A stretch of 64,000 bases of DNA from Parvibaculales bacterium (GCA_049889415.1 JBMHDL010000008.1:12372-76371), one strand, 5' to 3'; positions 8,989-20,773 are shown, counted from the stretch's first letter. Numbers and translations: made by a program. The notes: generated by a model from the letters alone, not told the origin.

Positions 8989-11640
8989 TGTCAACTTGCT
9001 GGAAATCGCGTCCAGAGCTGCCGCGGATCCCGAGGGATCTGAGCCACCGGCCTGAGCCATATCAGGACGGCCGCCCCCCCCTTTACCGCCGAGTTTTTCG
9101 GCCCCGACACGCACCAATTCAACCGCATCAAATCGGTCGGTCAAATCATCCGTAACCCCGACGGCAATCCCGGCCTTGCCGTCTGAAACGCCGATAAAGG
9201 TGACAATGCCGCTACCGAGCTTTTTCTTGCCCTCATCGACAAGACCACGCAAATCCTTCGGGGCCACTCCATCGAGCCGCCGCCCGATGAATTTAACTCC
9301 GCCAATGTCCTGAATATCTTCAGAGGCGTTTCCGCCGCCGCCCATTGCCAAGGCTTTTTTGGCTTCGGCCAGTTCACGCTCCAGGCGCTTCTTATCATCA
9401 ACCAGGGATTGAATTCGGGCCGGTATATCTGACGGTCCGGCCTTCAGAACACGTGCCGCTTCCCGCACGAGAAGCTCCTGCTGCTGCATGTAATGGCGTG
9501 CTCCCAGAGCTGTTTTCGCCTCGATGCGGCGCACCCCTGAAGCCACTGCCCCTTCAGAGACAATCTTGAATATTGTGATGTCACCTAAACGCTCGACATG
9601 GGTACCGCCGCACAGCTCAACCGAATAATGGCCCCCATGCGCCGCTTCGCTCCTATCGTCCCCCATGGACAGGACCCGCACCTCTTCACCATATTTCTCA
9701 CCGAACAGAGCCAGGGCGCCGGCCTCAATGGCCTCATCAGGGGTCATCAGGCGGGTGCTGACGGTCTCATTGCTCCGGATGACGTCATTGACCATATCCT
9801 CAACAGCCATCAGAGCCTCCTCAGTCATGGCCTTGGGGTGCGAGAAATCGAACCGCAGGCCGTTGGCCGTTACCAAGGAGCCTTTTTGCGTGACATGGTC
9901 CCCCAGCACGCGCCGCAGGGCTTCATGCAACAGATGTGTGGCGGAATGATTAGCGCGGATGTCGCGGCGGCGCGCATCATCGATTTTCAGATGCACTGTG
10001 TCACCAAGCCGCAATTCCCCCGCATCAATGACGCCCACATGAACATGCATGTCCCCCAGCTTTTTCTGGGTGTCCGTAATGGTCATCTGCACGCCGCTTT
10101 CGTTTGTCAGCAGCCCGGTATCACCGACCTGACCGCCGCTTTCGGCGTAAAACGGTGTTTGAGAAACCAGTAAAGAGACCTCATCGCCCGCACCGGCTTT
10201 GTCGACGGAAACGTCATCGGCGATGATGGCGGACACCACGGCCTCGGCCTCAGTCCCCTGATAACCGACAAATTCACTGGCACCGATCTCATTGCGGATG
10301 TCAAACCAGACGGCTTCAGTCGCCGCCGAGCCGGAGCCTGACCAATTGGCCCGGGCCTCTTCACGCTGTTTGGTCATGGCTGACTCAAAGCCGTCCAAAT
10401 CAACGCCAAGTCCGCGCTCACGCAGGGCGTCCTGGGTCAAATCCACCGGGAACCCGTAAGTGTCATAGAGCTTGAAAGCCACATCGCCCGGCAAATCCTG
10501 ACCGGGATGCTCCTGGATTTCCTCTTCCAGCAGCTTCAGACCCCGCGCCAGCATGTCACGGAAACGTTCTTCCTCATGTTTCAGAGTTTCGGTGATCAGG
10601 GCATTGGCGCGCTCAAGCTCAGGATAGGCGGCGGCCATCTGCGTTTTCAAGGCCGGCACCAGCTGCCATAAAAGCGGCTCCTTGGCCCCAATCAAATGCG
10701 CATGCCGCATGGCACGGCGCATGATGCGGCGCAGAACATATCCGCGCCCCTCATTGGACGGCAAAACACCGTCAGCAATCAGAAATGAAGCGGCGCGCAG
10801 ATGATCGGCAATGACGCGGTGGCTGTTGAAATGCGGCCCGTCAATTGCAACACCGGAATGATCCGCCGAGCTCTCGATCAAATGCCACATCAGATCGGTT
10901 TCATAATTGTCATGCTTGCCCTGCAGAACAGCCCCGATGCGCTCCAGTCCCATGCCCGTGTCAATGGATGGCGATGGCAGGTCAATCCGTGTTCCGTCAG
11001 CTTGCTGCTCATATTGCATGAAGACGAGATTCCAGATTTCAATGAATCGGTCGCCGTCCTCATCCGGACTGCCGGGCGGCCCACCGGCAATGGCTTCGCC
11101 ATGGTCATAAAAGATTTCGGAACACGGACCACACGGACCGGTATCCCCCATCGACCAGAAATTATCGGCGGTCGGGATACGGATGATTTTATCATCGCTG
11201 AAACCGGCGATTTTCCTCCACAGCACAGCCGCTTCGTCATCTTCGGCATAAACCGTGGCCAAGAGCTTGTCGGCAGGCAAGTCAAGTTCCTTGGTCAGAA
11301 AGTTCCAGGCATAATAAATCGCCTCTTCCTTGAAATAATCACCAAAAGAGAAATTGCCGAGCATTTCAAAAAAAGTATGATGCCGTGCCGTATAGCCGAC
11401 ATTATCAAGATCATTGTGTTTGCCGCCCGCCCGCACACATTTTTGCGAGCTGACCGCACGCGGATGCTGCGGTGTTTCATGACCGGTAAAATAATTCTTG
11501 AACGGAACCATGCCGGCATTGGTAAACAGCAGGGTCGGGTCATTCAAAGGGACAAGCGGGCTTGACGGCGTGACGGTGTGATCATGCTTTTCGAAAAACT
11601 CCTGAAAAGCGGTACGAATATCGGCAAGACCAGTGGACAT
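8986..11640 (-). CDS. alaS: Alanine--tRNA ligase
   Basis: 884 aa. [10 protein letters not shown] ... [15 protein letters not shown] ... [18 protein letters not shown], plus the editing-domain HxxxH/CGGTH motif. Confidence 0.97.
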   Translation of the reverse strand: MSTGLADIRTAFQEFFEKHDHTVTPSSPLVPLNDPTLLFTNAGMVPFKNYFTGHETPQHPRAVSSQKCVRAGGKHNDLDNVGYTARHHTFFEMLGNFSFGDYFKEEAIYYAWNFLTKELDLPADKLLATVYAEDDEAAVLWRKIAGFSDDKIIRIPTADNFWSMGDTGPCGPCSEIFYDHGEAIAGGPPGSPDEDGDRFIEIWNLVFMQYEQQADGTRIDLPSPSIDTGMGLERIGAVLQGKHDNYETDLMWHLIESSADHSGVAIDGPHFNSHRVIADHLRAASFLIADGVLPSNEGRGYVLRRIMRRAMRHAHLIGAKEPLLWQLVPALKTQMAAAYPELERANALITETLKHEEERFRDMLARGLKLLEEEIQEHPGQDLPGDVAFKLYDTYGFPVDLTQDALRERGLGVDLDGFESAMTKQREEARANWSGSGSAATEAVWFDIRNEIGASEFVGYQGTEAEAVVSAIIADDVSVDKAGAGDEVSLLVSQTPFYAESGGQVGDTGLLTNESGVQMTITDTQKKLGDMHVHVGVIDAGELRLGDTVHLKIDDARRRDIRANHSATHLLHEALRRVLGDHVTQKGSLVTANGLRFDFSHPKAMTEEALMAVEDMVNDVIRSNETVSTRLMTPDEAIEAGALALFGEKYGEEVRVLSMGDDRSEAAHGGHYSVELCGGTHVERLGDITIFKIVSEGAVASGVRRIEAKTALGARHYMQQQELLVREAARVLKAGPSDIPARIQSLVDDKKRLERELAEAKKALAMGGGGNASEDIQDIGGVKFIGRRLDGVAPKDLRGLVDEGKKKLGSGIVTFIGVSDGKAGIAVGVTDDLTDRFDAVELVRVGAEKLGGKGGGGRPDMAQAGGSDPSGSAAALDAISSKLT

Positions 11641-11710
11641 ATAATTCTCCTTGCTTTGCTTTTACCCCCCGTCACGGCCCATGCCAAGCCCTGAGTGCTG
11701 GTTTTACATG

Positions 11711-11740
11711 AAAAACCCCCCGGCAAGCGGAGGGTTTTTG
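11711..11740 (-). terminator. Putative recA terminator
   Basis: On the minus sense: AAAAACCCTCCGCTTGCCGGGGGGTTTTT. A 7-bp G/C stem with one mismatch, followed by a T-run, about 45 nt after the recA stop. Confidence 0.6.
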
Positions 11741-11782
11741 GACACCCGACACGGATTGTCCGGATGGATGTTTGCGCTCGAC

Positions 11783-12880
11783 TTATCCGGCGTCGGCAAT
11801 CTCACCGTCGGCATCGCCCTCGGCCTCATAATCATCACCATCCTGCAACGGCTCAATATCAATCAGGCCGGCATCGGCGCGCACCTTGTTTTCAATCTCG
11901 GCCGCCATGTCGGGGTTTTCCTTGAGGAAGTTGCGGACATTTTCCTTGCCCTGCCCGATGCGCTGGTCGCCATAGCTAAACCAGCTGCCGGCCTTGTCGA
12001 TGATGCCGGCCTTGACGCCAAGGTCAATCAGCTCGCCCATTTTGGAAATGCCTTCGCCATAGAGAATATCAAACTCAACGACGCGGAAAGGCGGCGCGAC
12101 TTTGTTCTTGACCACTTTTACGCGGGTCTGGTTACCGATGACCTCATCGCGGTCCTTGATGGCCCCAATCCGGCGAATGTCGAGCCGGACAGAGGAATAG
12201 AATTTCAGGGCGTTACCGCCGGTTGTGGTTTCCGGTGAGCCGAACATCACGCCGATTTTCATCCGGATCTGGTTGATGAAAATCACCATAGTGTTGGATT
12301 TGGAGATGCTGGCGGTCAACTTACGCAGAGCCTGGCTCATCAGCCGCGCCTGCAGACCCGGCAGGCTGTCGCCCATGTCGCCTTCCAGCTCGGCCCGTGG
12401 GGTCAGGGCCGCAACGGAGTCAATCACCAGCACGTCGACCGCTCCGGAGCGGACCAGCGTGTCGGCGATTTCCAGCGCCTGTTCGCCATTATCCGGTTGC
12501 GAAATCAGCAATTCGCTGACATCCACACCGAGCTTGCCAGCATAGACAGGGTCAAGCGCATGTTCGGCGTCAATAAAGCCGCAAATGCCACCGATTTTCT
12601 GCGCTTCGGCGACCGTGTGCAGGGCCATGGTGGTTTTGCCGGAACTTTCCGGGCCGTAAATCTCAATAATCCGACCCTTGGGCAGGCCACCAATACCGAG
12701 CGCCACATCCAATCCGAGCGAGCCGGTGGAGACAGCCTCGATTTCGACAATCTGATCCTCGTCACCGAGTTTCATGACCGAGCCTTTGCCGTAATTTCTT
12801 TCAATTTGACTGAGCGCCGCTTCGAGGGCCTTTTTCTTGTCTGAGTTGTCTGTCATCAGGTTCACCAAATTATCTGCCAT
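11783..12880 (-). CDS. recA: Recombinase RecA
   Basis: [16 protein letters not shown] (Walker A) ... FIDAEHALD ... VIDSVAAL ... [28 protein letters not shown]. Confidence 0.98.
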   Translation of the reverse strand: MADNLVNLMTDNSDKKKALEAALSQIERNYGKGSVMKLGDEDQIVEIEAVSTGSLGLDVALGIGGLPKGRIIEIYGPESSGKTTMALHTVAEAQKIGGICGFIDAEHALDPVYAGKLGVDVSELLISQPDNGEQALEIADTLVRSGAVDVLVIDSVAALTPRAELEGDMGDSLPGLQARLMSQALRKLTASISKSNTMVIFINQIRMKIGVMFGSPETTTGGNALKFYSSVRLDIRRIGAIKDRDEVIGNQTRVKVVKNKVAPPFRVVEFDILYGEGISKMGELIDLGVKAGIIDKAGSWFSYGDQRIGQGKENVRNFLKENPDMAAEIENKVRADAGLIDIEPLQDGDDYEAEGDADGEIADAG

Positions 12881-12930
12881 TGCTTATCTCCCTTATTTCA
12901 CAGGCTTGCGTAAGCATCAATGACTCATTT

Positions 12931-12945
12931 GTACATGTTTTGTTC
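12931..12945 (-). promoter_or_regulatory. Candidate LexA (SOS) box upstream of recA
   Basis: The recA-sense strand reads GAACAAAACATGTAC, about 50 nt upstream of the start. It matches 13 of 15 positions of the umuD box read on its complementary strand (GAACAGAACATGAAC). It is one base off the alpha-type GAAC-N7-GAAC consensus. Confidence 0.5.
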
Positions 12946-13088
12946 TCATTTGCAAGTTAATTTTCAAAGCATTGATTATATTGATATATTCTATTTATGT
13001 TCTTATTCTAGACCCGTTTGAGGCTGACTGTTTACGGCGCAACTTCCGGTTCAAAAAGGAATCAGTCGAGAGCACTCAGCTCTCTCAT

Positions 13089-14488
13089 TTAGGCTTCACG
13101 AATTATGCCGGCCGGCATCAGTTCTTTCAGGCGCAGCTTCAGATAGGCCATATCGCGGTCGCCTTTGATGCGGTTGCAGGAACTGCACAGAAGCTGAAGA
13201 TTATCCTCATGGTCGCCTCCGCCTTTCGCTTTCGGTATAATGTGATCCAGTTCAAAATGACGGAACTCAAACAGATAATCACATCCCGCACAACGGCCTT
13301 CCTGCATGCCATAGAGCCGGTGACGGGGGTTCAGTTCCGGCACCAGATAATAGCCAGGATCTGTGCGCTGCGGCACCTGCATCTTGAAATGCAGCTTGAA
13401 CAACGGTGTCAGCAGGTCATCAGGGACTTCTTCTTTCATGCGCTTTTGCACCAGCTCATAGGCTTTGGGGGAAATATCGCAGCCAATCCACATGCGCTGC
13501 TGCCGCTCGGCCGCCACACAGGTCGTGGCACAGCCGCAAAACGGGTCAAACACCACGCCGAACTCCGGACAGGAGGCGGCGATGATGCGCTCCAGAAGGG
13601 CCAATGGTTTCTGGGTCGGATAGCCCTGGCGTTCCTTGGCCCTGGAATTGATCGGGTCAATGTCCAGCCATACATCCCCCATTAACACCCCTTTAAGTTC
13701 ATCCAGATAGCGCTTGATGCGGATGCCGCCCCTGCTGGTGAAATACAGGCGGTTATCAGCATCCAAGACTTTCATTTTCTCTTTCGGCACCCGCCAAAGG
13801 GAACGCACCCCCTTGTAGGAGTAGTCATAGCCGCCGCCGGACAAACCTTTGGCAGAGAGGTCACCATCCATTTGCGTCCGTCAGCATCGGCATGCTTGAA
13901 ACGTTTGGATATGTAGTCCGGGGAGTAAGGGAGATATTGTTTGTTCCAGAAGAATTTCCGGGACTTTGTATAGAGCAGAATGACATCATGCACCGCGCCC
14001 ATGGTTTTGGCGTCACTGTGTGAGCTTGTCCGTTTCCAGATGATTTCATTGCGGAAATTCTGGTGGCCGAAAATGGCGTCCAGAAGCAATTTCAGATAAT
14101 GGCTGGCGGTCGGGTCGCAATGCAGATACAGGCTGCCCTCGGGCTTGAGGATGCGGTGCATTTCAAGCAGGCGCACCGCCATGTAAATCAGATAATATTT
14201 GCTGGATTTTGACCCCACCGCCTCGGCCCCGGACAGGTAGAGATAGAGTTTCGGGTGCTGTTCGGCAATCTGGCCGTGCCATTCATCCTTGGTGTCGCGT
14301 TCATCCCAGATATCCCTGAAACTCGCGCCCTCCACCCCGCGCCCGATCGGGGCATGAAACTGCCGCCCCTTATTGAAGGGCGGATCGAGATAGATGAGAT
14401 CAACGGACTGGTCATCCATGCCGCGCATGACGTCAAGATTGTCGCAGCAGAAAATCGTGCGGGTTTTGATGGTTTTTTGTATCAGCAT
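13089..14488 (-). pseudogene. Frameshifted beta-class DNA N6-adenine (DPPF) methyltransferase fused to a C-terminal HNH nuclease domain
   Basis: ORF 13772-14488 carries motif IV (LIYLDPPFNKG). ORF 13089-13871 continues the same family in another frame (GGGYDY ... KRYLDE ... DVWLDI ... YPTQKP ... FDPFCGCATT) and ends with an HNH motif (CAGC ... DHIIPKAKGG ... CSSCN). The frames switch at about 13865. Confidence 0.8.
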
Positions 14489-14582
14489 GCCAAACCGTTT
14501 TTATTATTGTGTGCTTTGGACAGACCGAGCCTATCATATCGCAACTCAAACAAAAACGGCTTTTCAGGCCTCAGGCGCGGTT

Positions 14583-14999
14583 TCAGTCGTCGCGGAACAC
14601 GCGTTCGCGTTTTTCGTGGCGCTCCTGCGCTTCCAGACTCAGTGTCGCTATGGGCCGCGCATCCAGCCGCTTCAGGCTGATCGGCTCACCGGTCTCCTCG
14701 CAATAGCCATAGGTCTGATCTTCAACCCGCGACAGGGCGGCGTCGATTTTGCTGATCAGCTTGCGCTGGCGGTCACGGGTGCGCAGTTCCAAAGCCTTTT
14801 CCGACTCGGACGAAGCACGGTCGGTAATGTCCGGGTGGTTGACGCTTTCTTCCTGCAGGGTCGAGACCGTCTCGCGGGTTTCGCGGATAATGTCTTCCTT
14901 CCAGGCCACAAGCTTGCGGCGGAAATATTCCCTCTGTTTGGCGTTCATGAAGGGTTCATCATCTGAGGGCTGGTAATTTTTGGGTAGTCTCGTTGCCAT
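14583..14999 (-). CDS. dksA: RNA polymerase-binding transcription factor DksA (only one of four zinc-finger Cys)
   Basis: Coiled-coil tip DxxDxA-like (DITDRASSESE) and YGYCEETGEPISLKRLDARP. Only the first of the four canonical zinc-finger Cys is present, which I recall as typical of some alphaproteobacterial DksA. Confidence 0.9.
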   Translation of the reverse strand: MATRLPKNYQPSDDEPFMNAKQREYFRRKLVAWKEDIIRETRETVSTLQEESVNHPDITDRASSESEKALELRTRDRQRKLISKIDAALSRVEDQTYGYCEETGEPISLKRLDARPIATLSLEAQERHEKRERVFRDD

Positions 15000-15177
15000 G
15001 GAATCCCACCGTCTGTTTTTTGTAAGATGTGTTTTATATAATTTTCTAGTTTATTTTCAAGTTATGTTTTAAGACTGGGTGGAAATTCTGAAGAAAAAGC
15101 TAGGTATAGCTCAAGTAAATCTGAAGGATATGCGTTTCGGGCCCGTATCGGGTCACGCAACGTTGATTGGGGAAGAC

Positions 15178-16029
15178 ATGACGAAAAAATTTACCGGGAC
15201 TGAAAACTATATTGCGACCGAAGACCTGCGGGTGGCGGTCAATGCCGCCTTAGCGCTGGAACGCCCGCTATTGATCAAGGGGGAGCCGGGCACCGGCAAG
15301 ACGGTGCTGGCCGAAGAGGTCGCCAAGGCGCTCGATATGCCGCTGATCACCTGGCACATCAAATCGACCACCAAGGCCCAGCAGGGCCTGTATGAATATG
15401 ACGCCATCACCCGCCTGCGCGACAGCCAGCTCGGGGATGAGCGGGTCAAAGATGTCAAAAACTACATCAATAAGGGCAAGCTGTGGGAAGCCTTTGAGCA
15501 TGAGGGCCGCGCCCTGTTGCTGATTGACGAGATTGACAAGGCTGACATTGAATTCCCGAACGACCTGTTGCAGGAACTCGACCGCATGGAGTTTTATGTC
15601 TATGAGACCGGCGAGACCATCAAGGCCGCCCAGCGCCCGCTGGTCATCATCACCTCCAACAATGAAAAGGAACTGCCCGACGCCTTTCTGCGCCGCTGCT
15701 TCTTCCACTATATCGCCTTCCCCGACACCGACACAATGACCGACATCGTCAAGGTACACTTCCCCGACATCAAGGCGCGGCTGGTCAAGGAGGCACTGAG
15801 CGTGTTTTATGAAACCCGCGAGGTGCCGGGGCTGAAGAAAAAGCCGTCCACGTCCGAGCTGCTCGACTGGCTGAAGCTGCTGATGAATGAGGACATTGAC
15901 GAGGACACGCTGCGCCAGCGCGACCCGAACAAGCTGATCCCGCCGTTGCACGGGGCATTGTTGAAAAACGAGCAGGATGTCCAGCTGTTTGAGAAGCTGG
16001 CGTTTCTGGCCCGGCGCGAGCGCAACTAG
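15178..16029 (+). CDS. MoxR-family AAA+ ATPase
   Basis: LLIKGEPGTGKT (Walker A), LLIDEIDKA (Walker B), ITSNNEKELPDAFLRRC (sensor/Arg finger). ATG at 15178 follows GGGGAAG. Confidence 0.85.
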   Translation: MTKKFTGTENYIATEDLRVAVNAALALERPLLIKGEPGTGKTVLAEEVAKALDMPLITWHIKSTTKAQQGLYEYDAITRLRDSQLGDERVKDVKNYINKGKLWEAFEHEGRALLLIDEIDKADIEFPNDLLQELDRMEFYVYETGETIKAAQRPLVIITSNNEKELPDAFLRRCFFHYIAFPDTDTMTDIVKVHFPDIKARLVKEALSVFYETREVPGLKKKPSTSELLDWLKLLMNEDIDEDTLRQRDPNKLIPPLHGALLKNEQDVQLFEKLAFLARRERN

Positions 16030-16038
16030 GCGCGGGCG

Positions 16039-17214
16039 ATGTTCGTTAACTTCTTCCATGATCTGAAGCAGGTCGGCGTGCCTGTGACCCTGCGCGAATA
16101 TCTGACCCTGCTGGAGGCGATGGATGCGGATGTCATCCATTCCAAGGTCGAGGATTTTTATTATCTGTCACGCTCGGTGCTGGTCAAGGATGAGCGCAAT
16201 CTCGACAAGTTCGACCGTGTGTTCTCGAAAGCCTTTAAGGGGCTGAACGCGCTGGACGAGGTGGAGACGGCGGAAATCCCAGAAGACTGGCTGAAGGCGC
16301 TGACCGAGAAATATCTGACCGAAGAAGAAAAAGCGCAGATTGAAAGCCTCGGCGGGTGGGAGAAGATCATGGAGGAGCTGCAAAAGCGGCTCGAGGAACA
16401 AGACGAGCGCCATGAAGGGGGCAACAAATGGATCGGCACCGGCGGCACCTCGCCGTTCGGCGCCAATGGATACAACCCCGAGGGTGTGCGCATCGGCCAG
16501 AAAGAGGGCCGCCACGGGCGCGCCATCAAGGTCTGGGACAAGCGCGAATACAAGAATCTGGACGGTGATGTGGAAATCGGCACCCGCAACATCAAGGTTG
16601 CGCTCCGGCGTCTGCGCCGCTTTGCCCGCGAGGGCGTGGCCGACCAGCTGGATCTCGACAACACCATCAAATCCACCGCCCATGCCGGCTATCTCGACAT
16701 CAAGCTGCAGGCCGAGCGGCGCAACAACATCAAGGTGCTGCTGTTTTTCGATGTCGGCGGCTCCATGGACCCCTATATCAAGCTGTGCGAGGAGATGTTC
16801 TCAGCCGCGCGCGCCGAGTTCAAGAACATGGAGTATTTCTATTTCCACAACTGCCTGTATGAGGGCGTGTGGAAGGACAATGCCCGCCGCCACACCGACA
16901 AAATGCCGACCTGGGACGTGCTGCACAAATACCCGCATGACTATAAGGTCATTTTCATCGGTGACGCGTCCATGAGCCCCTATGAGGTGACGTTCGCCGG
17001 CGGCTCGGTCGAGCACATGAATGAAGAGCCGGGCGCCATCTGGCTGGAGCGCGTGACGAATATTTATGAAAGCGCCGTCTGGCTCAACCCGACACCGGAA
17101 AAATACTGGAACCACACCCAGTCCACCCAGATAATCAAGCAGATTTTCTCCGACCGCATGTACGCCCTCACCCTTGACGGGCTGGACAAAGCCATGCGGG
17201 AACTTTCACGCTGA
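16039..17214 (+). CDS. VWA domain protein (CoxE-like), partner of the MoxR ATPase
   Basis: Starts 10 nt after the ATPase gene. MIDAS-like LLFFDVGGSMDP and the C-terminal VIFIGDASMSP are typical of CoxE/VWA partners. Confidence 0.8.
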   Translation: MFVNFFHDLKQVGVPVTLREYLTLLEAMDADVIHSKVEDFYYLSRSVLVKDERNLDKFDRVFSKAFKGLNALDEVETAEIPEDWLKALTEKYLTEEEKAQIESLGGWEKIMEELQKRLEEQDERHEGGNKWIGTGGTSPFGANGYNPEGVRIGQKEGRHGRAIKVWDKREYKNLDGDVEIGTRNIKVALRRLRRFAREGVADQLDLDNTIKSTAHAGYLDIKLQAERRNNIKVLLFFDVGGSMDPYIKLCEEMFSAARAEFKNMEYFYFHNCLYEGVWKDNARRHTDKMPTWDVLHKYPHDYKVIFIGDASMSPYEVTFAGGSVEHMNEEPGAIWLERVTNIYESAVWLNPTPEKYWNHTQSTQIIKQIFSDRMYALTLDGLDKAMRELSR

Positions 17215-17354
17215 GAGACTCCGAAACGTCAACGACACGCGTCGCCCGCGCGCTTTGCGCTCGCCGTTGAGGATGTCGCTTTTGCGCTTGGCGATACCGT
17301 GTTGCCACTCTGCACGCCCGCACCCGCAGTTGGCACCGCGCCGGCTGGACTGCC

Positions 17355-17735
17355 GTGCAGGTGCATCACGCCGGTGGCCGCCCCGCCGCCGTCACCTTCG
17401 ACAAAACCCACCGCCCGGCCCTGCGCGCCCTGATCGGTTATTTGCGGCATGGTTATGTCACGCCGCATCTGCGCCGCATCGACCGCGCCCTGCTTCCCCT
17501 CACGGACATGCTCACCGCCGGGCTGGCATGGCTGCTGGCGCCGGTGGGCATGTTTTTCACCCTGAGCGTAGAGCCGGTGCTGCGTCGCCTGCTCACAATT
17601 GCCGAGCAGCTCAGTGCGCCCCTGCGCAAAGCCGCCGGGGATGTTGTGTTCCTGATTGTTGATGGCACCCTTGGCCGCCTGCAACAACGCCTCCAGACCG
17701 CTCTGGAGGCGTTATTCAAAACCCGCAAAAAGTAA
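17355..17735 (+). CDS. Hypothetical protein (weak call in a GC-rich spacer)
   Basis: GTG-initiated 126-aa ORF with one hydrophobic segment (LTAGLAWLLAPVGMFFTL). No recognisable family. Several overlapping ORFs in other frames are Arg/Pro-rich artefacts. Confidence 0.25.
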   Translation: MQVHHAGGRPAAVTFDKTHRPALRALIGYLRHGYVTPHLRRIDRALLPLTDMLTAGLAWLLAPVGMFFTLSVEPVLRRLLTIAEQLSAPLRKAAGDVVFLIVDGTLGRLQQRLQTALEALFKTRKK

Positions 17736-17758
17736 CCGGCCGCAACCGGCACTAAATG

Positions 17759-18885
<1,127 letters not shown>

Positions 18886-19056
18886 TTAGGGGTTATTTAG
18901 TCATTTTCTGCCAAAATACAAGGTGAAATTTCAAAAATCTGTGTGCCGAATTGTCGCCCTGCATCATCACATCTTGGCAAAATTACACCTGAGGCTTATA
19001 AAACCCTCATTGTGAAAAAACAAGATAGACAAAAAGCCCCTCTGCCCTGCCCTGAA

Positions 19057-19338
19057 ATGGCTGATGTGCGCGCTCAGATTGACCGCATTGATTGTGAACT
19101 TGTGGCGCTGCTGCGTGAACGGCTGAACTGGGTTGAACAGGCCGGCAAGGTCAAGCAAAGCCGCGACCAGGTTGTCGATAACCCGCGTATTGAGGAAGTC
19201 GTCGCCAACGTTATTGAGCAGGCCGAGGAAGCGGGCCTGCCGACGGTAATGACGGAAAAGATCTGGCGCCTGCTGATTGAGCAGAGCATTGCGCATGAAT
19301 ATCAGATTTTCGACTGGGAAACCCGGTCGGATGATTAG
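19057..19338 (+). CDS. Chorismate mutase (AroQ class)
   Basis: MADVRAQIDRIDCELVALLRERLNWVEQAGKVK ... DNPRIEEV matches the AroQ helix-1 pattern. The start is uncertain; an in-frame GTG at 19012 is possible. Confidence 0.7.
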   Translation: MADVRAQIDRIDCELVALLRERLNWVEQAGKVKQSRDQVVDNPRIEEVVANVIEQAEEAGLPTVMTEKIWRLLIEQSIAHEYQIFDWETRSDD

Positions 19339-19345
19339 ATGATGA

Positions 19346-19666
19346 TCAGAATTGCTGGGCCGGCAGGCTCAGTTTCAGACCGTCCAACTCATCCGTTACC
19401 TTGATTTGGCAGCTCAGGCGGCTGTTGTCCTGTACTTCGAAGGCAAAGTCGAGCATATCCTCTTCCATGTCGATCGGCCCCCCGACCTTTTCGGTCCAGG
19501 CTGCATCAACATAGACATGACAGGTCGCACAGGCACATGCACCGCCGCAATCCGCATCGATACCGGGAACGGAGTTCTTGATCGCAACCTCCATGACCGT
19601 CATGCCAACATCACCGTCATGGCTGTGTTCAGTTCCGTCTTGCTCAACAAAGGTAATTTTGGGCAT
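19346..19666 (-). CDS. 2Fe-2S ferredoxin, adrenodoxin/putidaredoxin type
   Basis: [14 protein letters not shown] ... [17 protein letters not shown] ... SRLSCQI carries the CX5CX2C...C ligand pattern. Confidence 0.9.
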   Translation of the reverse strand: MPKITFVEQDGTEHSHDGDVGMTVMEVAIKNSVPGIDADCGGACACATCHVYVDAAWTEKVGGPIDMEEDMLDFAFEVQDNSRLSCQIKVTDELDGLKLSLPAQQF

Positions 19667-19789
19667 TTTCAGATCTTCCCTCAAATAAAGTACTTAAACA
19701 GGACTCGACATGCGGTCCTAATTTCGGCAATTCTAATAGCATAGAGCCCCTAACCAGTCCAGGTGTGATTGGAAATAGTTTGCAGGCAC

Positions 19790-20773
19790 ATGAAAACAAG
19801 AACGCTGAAAATTTTTGCCGAAACCCTGCCCTTGAAAGAGAGTTTTGTTATTGCCCGCGGCAGCAAGCAGGCGGCGGATGTGGTGGTGGTGGAAATTCAT
19901 GAAGACGGTTTGATCGGTCGCGCCGAAGCCGTACCCTATGCGCGTTACGGTGAGACCATGGAAACCGTGACTGCGGCGATTGAACACGTCAAGCCATTCA
20001 TTGAAAACGGCATGGAAAAGGACAGTCTGCAGGCCGCCCTTTTGCCGGGTGCTGCCCGCAACGCCCTAGATTGTGCCCTATGGGAATTGGCGGCGGCAGC
20101 GGCCGAACAGCCCTTATGGAAAGTCGCAGGGCTGCCTGAACCCGTGGCTTTGCAAACGGCCTTCACCATCTCTCTGGATACCCCGGCGGTCATGGCCAAT
20201 AAGGCAAAACAGGCCGCCGCTTATCCGTTGTTGAAACTGAAACTTGGCGGCCCGGACGGTCTGGCGGCCGATCTGGGGCGGTTGGCGGCAGTCAGACAGG
20301 CGCGACCCGAAGCACAGATTATGGTGGACATCAATGAAGGTTGGAGTTCGGCAGACTTGCTGGCGCATGCCGAACAGTTGCGGCACTTTGACCTGACCCT
20401 GATCGAACAACCCGTTCCGGAGAAGGAGGAAGCCGTTCTGACCAGGATTGACCTTCCCTTTTGCGCCGATGAAAGTATCCATGACTGCAAAGACGTCGGC
20501 AAACTGGCCGGAAAATATCAATGGCTTAACATCAAACTCGACAAGACCGGCGGCCTGACGGAAGCGCTGAGACTGGTAAAAACGGCACGTCAGGCTAATT
20601 TCAAACTTATGGTCGGCTGCATGGTCTCAAGCTCCCTTGCCCTGACCCCGGCCTATTATCTTGCGCAAATCTGCGATTTGGTGGATTTGGACGGACCTTT
20701 GTTTTTGATGCAAGACAGACCCGCGGCTTTACGCTATAAAGGGGCGCAAGTTTCTCATCCCCCCGCTGCTTGA
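19790..20773 (+). CDS. Dipeptide epimerase (L-Ala-D/L-Glu epimerase-like), enolase superfamily
   Basis: LKLKLGG ... VDINEGW ... IEQP ... ADES ... NIKLDKTGG is the metal-ligand and KxK pattern of MR/MLE subgroup enzymes. Confidence 0.8.
   Translation: MKTRTLKIFAETLPLKESFVIARGSKQAADVVVVEIHEDGLIGRAEAVPYARYGETMETVTAAIEHVKPFIENGMEKDSLQAALLPGAARNALDCALWELAAAAAEQPLWKVAGLPEPVALQTAFTISLDTPAVMANKAKQAAAYPLLKLKLGGPDGLAADLGRLAAVRQARPEAQIMVDINEGWSSADLLAHAEQLRHFDLTLIEQPVPEKEEAVLTRIDLPFCADESIHDCKDVGKLAGKYQWLNIKLDKTGGLTEALRLVKTARQANFKLMVGCMVSSSLALTPAYYLAQICDLVDLDGPLFLMQDRPAALRYKGAQVSHPPAA

Noticed and set aside
10801-11565. 254-aa ORF antisense to alaS
   Set aside because: Shadow ORF opposite an unambiguous aminoacyl-tRNA synthetase gene. 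No recognisable domains.
13772-13871. Overlap of the two methyltransferase ORFs as a programmed ribosomal frameshift site
   Set aside because: There is no slippery heptamer or long homopolymer at the frame junction (sequence CGCAAATGGATGGTGACC) and no obvious downstream structure. A simple indel or sequencing error is more parsimonious.
15268-16140. 290-aa ORF antisense to the MoxR ATPase gene
   Set aside because: Shadow ORF. It is Gln/Leu/Val-rich with no motifs, and the sense strand carries clear Walker A/B motifs.
17174-17687. Overlapping 162-aa (+) and 152-aa (-) ORFs in the GC-rich spacer
   Set aside because: Arg/Pro/Ala-dominated translations are typical of out-of-frame reading of GC-rich DNA. 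No start context and no family signal.
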